Virus record (IMG/VR): IMGVR_UViG_3300042691_016049
Location: 4,538 to 68,537 of that record
Direction: 5' to 3' (one strand)
Source of the DNA: a virus
DNA: 64,000 nucleotides
The notes below the pieces were generated by a model that had not been told where the DNA came from, did no database searches, and saw only the letters and a program-made list of their open reading frames with translations. Position 1 is the stretch's first letter, and the number at the start of each line of letters is the position of its first letter. Positions 57,584 to 64,000 of the stretch are shown piece by piece. The position numbers were made by a program, and so were the translations under genes.

Positions 57584-59731
57584 TTAGACGTATTCGCTGG
57601 TTATGTGTGCAATAACAGCCGTGATTCTTACCAATCCATATTTATAAGATTGTGAATCTATGCTGACAATGAAGTTGCCAGTTGGAAACTGTGGATAATT
57701 TGTTGCATTAGCCGTCTTTGGATAAAAATCTATTTCGTTGCTTGTGATGTCGGCAAACGCACTGACGTTGAACGGAGGTTCAACGGGAATCATTACACCG
57801 CTGGGCAATGTGTTGTATCCAAGTGATGGAGCGTTTCCAAATCTTATAAGGCTATAAGTGTACCAATTTTCATTGGTTGGCGAGCCAGTTCCAAATATCC
57901 TGTTGAACGTAAGGCTTGCGTGGAGTGTAGGCGGAATATTGATGATGGAGGTTTGAAGAGATGTATCATAGCTTCCAGAAGAAGAAAGCCCGCTTCCACT
58001 TGATGACGATGTCTGTGATCTTTGTTGTCTATGAGATATGTTGGCCCCATTAAGCGTGATTGTTACTGGTTCTGGCTTGATTGATGGCCATAGTGACGCT
58101 CCAGTTTTGGCCATGATTTGGGCCATCGTGGAATTATTCCTGTCCAAAAAGAAAACATAACGTGTTGCGGGAACCGTTCCTGTATACCCGTTGATAATAT
58201 TTGGCCTTACGGAATATGTAAGGCTTGCAGAAGCTTGTGCCGAAGCATTGAAGTCGTTTCCAACGCCCTGTCCAGCGCCAGTAGATTTGCTGTATGTTTT
58301 GATTATATCAACTGATACAAGCCGATCTGGAAGATTGACGTTTACAAAATCCGCAATTTGCCATTCTTGATTCAGTGCCGCATCCCGAAATTCTGAAATA
58401 TCAAAATTCCTTTTTATGGAATGGAATACATCTCTTGGCTGGATCTCTGTCCTCGGATCTCCTACTCCAGTATTTGGTTCTACAAATTGCTGCGTGAACG
58501 GGAATACAATATCCAGTTCTTCATCATAGCTTTGTCCAGTAAGCTCTGGCGGCGAAGATAGCTCAACCTCTCTGGTAACAAACTTTCCGTCACCCAACGC
58601 CTCTTTTTCGGCTGTCACCGTTCCATAAGCTGGAGATATATTTACAGAAGCGCCATAGCGTTCTGTGACTTGGGCAATGCCACCGCCCAGTTCTGTGGTA
58701 TAGGCTTCTCCTTGGACAACACCTTCAGCCGCTGGATCGCGTTCTTCAGTTCTTACCCTTTTGACAAACTCTGTTACTTGTTGTTCTGATTTGGAAATTT
58801 CGCTTCCCGCCAAAGTAATTGAGCTTCCAACATTTCCAGCAACGGATCGCTCAACAACGGTGGACGGAACATTGGCCCTAAACTTTTGGGGAGTAACATC
58901 TGGTTTCTCAAGGCTTAGTGATTTGCCCTCAAAAACACTGGGCGAGTCTACAATGCGCTCAACAAGCGATTCTGCGTCTTCGCGAGAAGCCTCAACCGTT
59001 CTTGTTGCCGTTGGGTTTGGCGCGATGTAGTCCAAGGCCGCTTTGCGTTGCGTTGTGACCGTGACAAGCTGTCCTTGTTCGTTTGTTACATTACCAATAA
59101 GTTGCGGCCCATCTACGGAATATGTCTGAACAATCTTAAATAAAAGAAATTCGTTGTATGGTTCGTAAGAAGTTTGGGTTATAACCCCATCAACATTCTC
59201 AAGGCTTCCAACCTCTTCGCCAGTTGGAACAAACAATTGACGGCGTTCTTGGACGGCTCCGCGAGAAGCATCGTAAAAATCCCGATCCCGAATCGGAAAC
59301 AGAGAATTACCATCATCGTCAGTCTTGATCGACCAAGATTCCTCAATCTCGGTATAGACAATGGCTGAACCCTCGCGGGCTTCGTAGGTAACACGTTTGT
59401 CAGCGGCAAGGCTGGCTACCTGTCCTTCGTTTTTTACAGAGCGGCGTCTGCCTTGAATCGGGCCTAGATCATCATCATAGCGAGTAAACGGAACCCAAGG
59501 AGACGGGAGAATTTCGTAGACATGAGTGACAACTTGGTCTCCACTAGTTGGTTGCGAACCTGTAAAGACATGGTTGGGATAGCGTTTGCTATCGGGGTGT
59601 GGGCTAAGATCTTCTGGAACCCTGTATCCAGCGGTTCTGGGATCTAGGCGAATCGCAACTATTGGAAAGTCACGATCATTAGCCGCATAGGAAGCGGTGT
59701 AAAACTTGTTGATAGGCGGGTAGTCGGCCAT
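57584..59731 (-). CDS. Putative structural protein with beta-rich internal repeats
   Basis: 715 aa, Thr/Ser/Val-rich; promoter TTGCCG-17-TAAGTT upstream. Confidence 0.6.
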   Translation of the reverse strand: MADYPPINKFYTASYAANDRDFPIVAIRLDPRTAGYRVPEDLSPHPDSKRYPNHVFTGSQPTSGDQVVTHVYEILPSPWVPFTRYDDDLGPIQGRRRSVKNEGQVASLAADKRVTYEAREGSAIVYTEIEESWSIKTDDDGNSLFPIRDRDFYDASRGAVQERRQLFVPTGEEVGSLENVDGVITQTSYEPYNEFLLFKIVQTYSVDGPQLIGNVTNEQGQLVTVTTQRKAALDYIAPNPTATRTVEASREDAESLVERIVDSPSVFEGKSLSLEKPDVTPQKFRANVPSTVVERSVAGNVGSSITLAGSEISKSEQQVTEFVKRVRTEERDPAAEGVVQGEAYTTELGGGIAQVTERYGASVNISPAYGTVTAEKEALGDGKFVTREVELSSPPELTGQSYDEELDIVFPFTQQFVEPNTGVGDPRTEIQPRDVFHSIKRNFDISEFRDAALNQEWQIADFVNVNLPDRLVSVDIIKTYSKSTGAGQGVGNDFNASAQASASLTYSVRPNIINGYTGTVPATRYVFFLDRNNSTMAQIMAKTGASLWPSIKPEPVTITLNGANISHRQQRSQTSSSSGSGLSSSGSYDTSLQTSIINIPPTLHASLTFNRIFGTGSPTNENWYTYSLIRFGNAPSLGYNTLPSGVMIPVEPPFNVSAFADITSNEIDFYPKTANATNYPQFPTGNFIVSIDSQSYKYGLVRITAVIAHITSEYV

Positions 59732-59819
59732 GGAGAATCCCGAAAACTTACTCTAAAAGATAGTTGGCGGCAAGATGATTTTCCGCTTGCATTGGTTGAT
59801 GGGCATGATAGATTCCAGC

Positions 59820-59895
59820 TTGGAAGGCGCTCGTCTTCCTGTTTTCATGTGTGTGGGGCGGGGTCGGGCTAAAAACTCGGCCCCGCTTTTTTTTT
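59820..59895 (+). ncRNA. Candidate trans-acting sRNA
   Basis: Promoter TTGCAT-16-TAGATT, 5' hairpin, unpaired TGTTTTCATGTGTGTGG, intrinsic terminator with T9. Confidence 0.6.
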
Positions 59896-59942
59896 GAACG
59901 CTTGACAAGATCGGTTGTCGGATATAACGAACATCTACCTAT

Positions 59943-60566
59943 ATGGCATATCAATCCAACCAACCCAAAGCACCAGTCCTCTCACACTACACGCTCGCGA
60001 AAAATGGGCCCAAACTTGTAGCCGTCAAATCACCCCCCAAGTGGGTAAAGAACAATTCGTTGTGCGTTATCGAATTGATTGTGGATGGCGCTGCCCATGT
60101 ATATTTTACTGAGAATAAAGACATTGCGTCGAAGTTTCAGCAATATGTTGGCAAGTCTGTAGTGCTAATTGCCTCTGGTAATTCCAAGCAAAAGACCGAC
60201 TCCATGGAAATTCAGCCTGCTGGGGTTCCAGCTTCCAGCCTGCCAGCGGCCAAAAGTGCCCCGCAATCATCCCAAAAGCCCGCAGAAAAGGTTATTACTG
60301 CTCCAGCCCATCCAGACAAGGAAGCCAAGCAATTCCTCTGTCAGGCGGCAAATCTGATGCGTCTATGTGTCAAGAAGGCCAATGATATTGCGGTGGAATT
60401 GAATCTTCCAGAGCAGCATCGTCAGGGAATTGCAACCACACTTTTCATCAATGGTGATAAGCAGGGCTATATTTCCTCCATGCCAATCACGGCATATACT
60501 CCCGAACAACTTGGCTTCGGGGCGAGCAAGGCCGAATCCCTGAATAATCCACAGGCAAATGACTAA
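59943..60566 (+). CDS. Hypothetical protein (possible SSB/recombination function)
   Basis: Beta-rich N-domain, Pro/Ala linker, 'ATTLFI' helix; TTGACA promoter at 59902. Confidence 0.55.
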   Translation: MAYQSNQPKAPVLSHYTLAKNGPKLVAVKSPPKWVKNNSLCVIELIVDGAAHVYFTENKDIASKFQQYVGKSVVLIASGNSKQKTDSMEIQPAGVPASSLPAAKSAPQSSQKPAEKVITAPAHPDKEAKQFLCQAANLMRLCVKKANDIAVELNLPEQHRQGIATTLFINGDKQGYISSMPITAYTPEQLGFGASKAESLNNPQAND

Positions 60567-60822
60567 TGAACGAGAGCGCGGCATCGAAATTCTGTCGCAT
60601 GATAAGGGATCATTCCTCGTTCAAAGTCGGTCTAATCGCGAAGACTACTACTTGGTGGAATTCACTACCGATGAAGCGGGAGACGTCACAGGATGTTCCT
60701 GCACTTGTTCAGGCTATCACTTCCGCAAAGAGTGCTTCCACATCCGATACCTCTGTAAACTCTTGGGCGTCGAAACGCCGAAGTCAACAAACAACAACCA
60801 ACTAGAAATAGCAGTAGTATGA
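60559..60822 (+). CDS. SWIM zinc-finger protein
   Basis: 'YLV..CSCTC..F..EC.HI'. Confidence 0.75.
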   Translation: MTNERERGIEILSHDKGSFLVQSRSNREDYYLVEFTTDEAGDVTGCSCTCSGYHFRKECFHIRYLCKLLGVETPKSTNNNQLEIAVV

Positions 60823-60977
60823 AGAAATCCAAAGGAGAGAAAAAAATCAGCAAGGTCATGCGTGAGTATGGCAAGGGCAAACTCAAAAGCAGTTCTGGCC
60901 AGAAGGTCAAGAATCCCAAACAGGCCATCGCAATCGCACTCAGCGAAGCTGGCAAGAGCAAGAAGAAGGGCAAGTAA
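60819..60977 (+). CDS. DUF6496-like small basic protein
   Basis: KISKVMREYGKGKLKSSSGQKVKNPKQAIAIALSEA. Confidence 0.75.
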   Translation: MKKSKGEKKISKVMREYGKGKLKSSSGQKVKNPKQAIAIALSEAGKSKKKGK

Positions 60978-60989
60978 CACTTTGGCAAC

Positions 60990-61059
60990 GTCAGCCAGCA
61001 TTGCGGGTCGCAACCGTGGGCTACAATGGCGTGACAGCAGGAGAGACTGCACATTTTTT
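60990..61059 (+). ncRNA. Candidate structured intergenic RNA motif
   Basis: GTCAGCCA..TGGCGTGAC stem, then GCAG-GAGAGA-CTGC hairpin and a T-run. Confidence 0.5.
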
Positions 61060-61092
61060 GAACGAATCAACCATACACCTGTCAAAACACAT

Positions 61093-61305
61093 ATGAGCAA
61101 CATCTGCCCAAAATGCGGATCAGTAATGGTCGAAAAGCCGCCAGAGCAAATCTATTGCAGCTATCCTCCGCAGTGGGACTCCGTCATGTGGTGCGGATGC
61201 GGCTACACCGAAGATCGCGGAATGGTCTACGGGAAAACACCGCAAGAATACCTCCGCGAGACATGGGAAAATATTAACAAACTGAATAAAGTATATGGGC
61301 AATAA
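61093..61305 (+). CDS. Small zinc-ribbon protein
   Basis: CPKCG..YPPQ..CGCG. Confidence 0.6.
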   Translation: MSNICPKCGSVMVEKPPEQIYCSYPPQWDSVMWCGCGYTEDRGMVYGKTPQEYLRETWENINKLNKVYGQ

Positions 61306-61403
61306 ATCAAAATATTTTGAACTAGAGATAATATTCACTATGCTATTTTGGCTTATTGTGCTTCTCTTATTGAAGCAGCTTCCGACTCTAGAAAACCAAC
61401 AAA

Positions 61404-61697
61404 ATGACACTAGATCAAATCGACAGATTCATGCGCCTTCGGGAGCGGACGTTCGCGTTCATCCGCGAATACCTTATGAAGGAGCCTCATTGCAAAATAT
61501 ATGAGGGCGAGTTCAGCATTGTCTTCCCAAACTATTTCGGGAATATCCCTTGGATAATCAAGCTTTCGTGCTATGTTTTGGGGCCAGCCCGTCACTATGA
61601 TTGGGGCGGTGATTCGTTTGAAGAGTGCTTGGACAAGGCCGAAAAAGACATAGACCAATGGATCAAAGAAGAGGAGGAATGGCTTCGTGAGGGTTAG
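61404..61697 (+). CDS. Hypothetical protein
   Basis: ATG after an A/C-rich leader. Confidence 0.55.
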   Translation: MTLDQIDRFMRLRERTFAFIREYLMKEPHCKIYEGEFSIVFPNYFGNIPWIIKLSCYVLGPARHYDWGGDSFEECLDKAEKDIDQWIKEEEEWLREG

Positions 61698-62553
61698 TAA
61701 TATTTTTGGATTGCCCCAGCCGTTCGTTGACTTGGTGAGCGAGTCTTCGTATTCGGCGGGGGAGGCTGATATCACTACGACAAGTCTCTTCCAGCCCCCG
61801 AAAATTCGGGAGTTAATGAAGCGGCACGGGGATACGATTACAGAAGATGCTTCGGATCGCGTGTGGACAATGCTTGGAACAGCCAACCATTACGTTCTGG
61901 AGCAGATCGCCAAGAGGAATCCCGAACGCTATCTAACCGAAGTGAGGCTCTATCTCACGGTGGACGGCGTGAAGCTCGGAGGCCAGATCGACCTCTATGA
62001 CAAGCAGGAGCAAGTCCTCTATGACTACAAGGTCAGCGGTGTCTACAAGGCAATGAGTGATGATCGTTTTGAGTGGACGGCACAAGCGGCGGTCAACCGA
62101 CTGCTACTAGAACACAATGGCTATCCAGTCAAGCGTTCTGCCATCATTCTCGTAATGAAAGATTTTAAGTTGCGGGATGCGAAGATCAAGGCCGACTACC
62201 CGAAGTGTCCTGTGGTAGAAATTAAGCTGGATGCATGGAAGCCCGAAGAAACATTTGCATATATCAAAAGTCGGATTAACCTCCATCAACAAGCTAAAGA
62301 CCTTACTGATGACCAGATCCCGATCTGCACCGAATCCGAACGCTGGCGTGTCCCAGACCTCTATGCCGTCCTCCCGAAAAAAAGAGCAAAGCGAGCGGTC
62401 AACAATGGGACTTACGAAGACAGACTACAAGCTGAAGCTCATGCCAAGCGTATCGGAGGTATTGTTGAGGAACGGCTTGGGGAAGATAAACGTTGCGCGG
62501 ACTACTGCCGTGTTAGAGCCTATTGCAACTACGGAAGAAACCTAAAAAAATAA
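61687..62553 (+). CDS. PD-(D/E)xK exonuclease (Cas4-like)
   Basis: 'GTANH..E..GQIDLY..DYK..Q' and C-terminal Cys cluster 'C..RCADYC..YC'. Confidence 0.85.
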   Translation: MRVSNIFGLPQPFVDLVSESSYSAGEADITTTSLFQPPKIRELMKRHGDTITEDASDRVWTMLGTANHYVLEQIAKRNPERYLTEVRLYLTVDGVKLGGQIDLYDKQEQVLYDYKVSGVYKAMSDDRFEWTAQAAVNRLLLEHNGYPVKRSAIILVMKDFKLRDAKIKADYPKCPVVEIKLDAWKPEETFAYIKSRINLHQQAKDLTDDQIPICTESERWRVPDLYAVLPKKRAKRAVNNGTYEDRLQAEAHAKRIGGIVEERLGEDKRCADYCRVRAYCNYGRNLKK

Positions 62554-62558
62554 TTACT

Positions 62559-62852
62559 ATGAGCAAATCAAATAGAACACAATCAACGCTAAAACGTCTT
62601 GGACTTTCTGGCGTCAACAAGCCAAAGCGCACACCGTCCCATCCAACCAAGAGCCATGTTGTATTGGCTAAAGAGGGTGACAAGACCAAGGTCATTCGTT
62701 TTGGCCAACAGGGAGTTAGCGGTTCTCCCAAGAAAGAAGGAGAGTCAGAGTCCTATCGCAAGCGCCGAGAATCATTCAAGGCTCGCCATGCTTCCAATAT
62801 TAAAAAGGGCAAAATGAGTGCGGCATATTGGGCGAACCGCGAGAAGTGGTAG
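62559..62852 (+). CDS. Small basic phage protein
   Basis: 'PTKSHVVLAK..IRFGQQG..RRESFKARH..SAAYWA..KW'. Confidence 0.7.
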   Translation: MSKSNRTQSTLKRLGLSGVNKPKRTPSHPTKSHVVLAKEGDKTKVIRFGQQGVSGSPKKEGESESYRKRRESFKARHASNIKKGKMSAAYWANREKW

Positions 62853-62872
62853 TGATTTAAAATCAACGACTT

Positions 62873-63058
62873 ATGAAAAAGAAATCCAAATCAACAGTCA
62901 ATGCTGCTGGCAACTATACAAAGCCAGCAATGCGTAAGCGCCTTTACCAAAAGATCAAGGCTGGAACCAAGGGCGGGGACAAAGGCGAATGGGGCGCGAG
63001 AAAGAGTCAGCTATTAGCTAGAGAATATAAAAAAGCTGGTGGAGGATACAAGGACTAA
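62873..63058 (+). CDS. DUF5872-like protein, N-part
   Basis: 'NYTKP.MR..G.KGG..GEW.ARK.QL..Y..GGGY'. Confidence 0.65.
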   Translation: MKKKSKSTVNAAGNYTKPAMRKRLYQKIKAGTKGGDKGEWGARKSQLLAREYKKAGGGYKD

Positions 63059-63497
63059 AAAATGCACAATGTGCAAAGAAACCAAACCGATTTCAAAATT
63101 CAGAAGTCGGGGTGGGGCAATGTCGCATTTAGTTAAAAGTCGCTGCAACTCCTGCCTCTACAAAGAGCATTTAAGGTGGACAAAAGAAAACCAAGACAGG
63201 GTCAGGGAATATCGACAAAGAGACAAGTGGACGATAGTAAAAAGATGCAAGAGGCACGGAATATCTCCACAAATTTTAATAGAAGCATACGAGGCGCAAA
63301 ACGGACTTTGTCCAATTTGTAAAAACCACATAGAGCTAATGGGAAGCGCAATTGATCATAACCACAATACTGGTGAATTTCGTGGCGTTCTGTGCAAAAA
63401 GTGCAATCGTGCCTTGGGTCTGTTTCACGATAGTCCCAATGTCTTGACAAGGGCAGCAAACTACCTAAAAGAGAAAGGAAGCTATTCAAATCTATGA
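63039..63497 (+). CDS. Endonuclease VII-family (homing-type) nuclease
   Basis: N-terminal CxxC..CxxC, then 'Q.G.CPIC..IDHNH.TG..RGVLC..CN..LG'. Confidence 0.85.
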   Translation: MEDTRTKKCTMCKETKPISKFRSRGGAMSHLVKSRCNSCLYKEHLRWTKENQDRVREYRQRDKWTIVKRCKRHGISPQILIEAYEAQNGLCPICKNHIELMGSAIDHNHNTGEFRGVLCKKCNRALGLFHDSPNVLTRAANYLKEKGSYSNL

Positions 63498-63724
63498 AAA
63501 AACCACAACAATCACTCAAGAAATGGACAGAGCAGAAGTGGCGCACTTCGGACGGTTCGCCGTCCAAGGGCAAAAAACGCTATCTTCCTGATGCTGCGTG
63601 GAGCGCATTGTCTCCCGCTGAGAAGGCGGCAACCAATCGAGCCAAGGCCAAGGGCAATAAGGCTGGAAAGCAATTTGTCAAACAGCCAAAGAAGATTGCA
63701 CAGAAAACTTCAAAATATCGCTGA
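63494..63724 (+). CDS. DUF5872-like protein, C-part
   Basis: 'QQSLKKWT.QKWRT..RYLP.AAW..L..T...K..GKQFV'. Confidence 0.65.
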   Translation: MKKPQQSLKKWTEQKWRTSDGSPSKGKKRYLPDAAWSALSPAEKAATNRAKAKGNKAGKQFVKQPKKIAQKTSKYR

Positions 63725-63726
63725 CA

Positions 63727-63951
63727 ATGAAGCCTCATCCTGACGATAATATCTTCAAGGTCAAAGAATTCATCAACGAACTATCCAAGGTTCAAGAGGT
63801 CTACTTTGAAAAACTCTGCAAAGATCTTGAGATCGAAGAAGGTCATCTTAAAGACCATTTGTTTGACTACATCTACAACGAAGACAAGTTGATTACCTTC
63901 GGAGAGTATCTAGATGAGTTTGGTCATGGAGATCTTTGGGACGGGCTGTGA
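63727..63951 (+). CDS. Hypothetical protein
   Basis: Operon position. Confidence 0.55.
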   Translation: MKPHPDDNIFKVKEFINELSKVQEVYFEKLCKDLEIEEGHLKDHLFDYIYNEDKLITFGEYLDEFGHGDLWDGL

Positions 63952-64000
63952 CCCTCAACATCTTCACGATTGTCCTTGATGGCTCTCCGTGGATCGGGGC
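63948..64000 (+). CDS. Partial CDS, probable GT2-like glycosyltransferase N-terminus
   Basis: GTG start overlapping the upstream stop; 'LNIFTIVLDGSPWI' resembles the GT2 first strand. Confidence 0.35.
   Translation, partial: MTLNIFTIVLDGSPWIG

Noticed and set aside
61687-62553. CRISPR-Cas system suggested by the Cas4-like gene
   Set aside because: No repeat-spacer array or other cas genes seen; solo Cas4-like exonucleases are common in phages.
1-64000. Stop-codon recoding
   Set aside because: Long genes are intact under the standard code, and TAA, TAG and TGA all serve as stops.

Overview
This window is most of a tailed dsDNA bacteriophage genome, probably podovirus-like. No tail sheath, major tail tube or tape measure is recognisable, and no integrase or DNA polymerase is present in the window. 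Layout: a giant (>2580 aa, 5'-truncated) ejectosome/polyvalent-type protein; a glycosyl-/methyltransferase cassette; DnaG primase; a leftward early region (DUF932-like, gp88-like) with repeated intergenic hairpins; a probable genome-end region near 19.4-20.7 kb; small nucleotide-metabolism and nuclease genes; an ~800 bp highly structured non-coding locus (27.6-28.4 kb); an intein-containing conserved hypothetical protein; DnaB; divergent TerS/TerL; a fibre/adhesin module; portal, scaffold and major capsid; lysis genes; and further accessory genes. The most unusual signals are: (1) a multi-part structured ncRNA locus in which one hairpin loop is complementary to the next RNA element; (2) a RusA-like resolvase apparently split over two nested reading frames; (3) a promoter-hairpin-seed-terminator sRNA whose seed is antisense to the ATGAAAAC starts of early genes; (4) TN-rich fibre-like proteins with Sec signal peptides alongside many glycosyltransferases; (5) near-complete apparent avoidance of CCNGG/CCGG, visible as loss of Pro-Gly dipeptides. 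All family calls come from motifs recognised by eye, not database searches.
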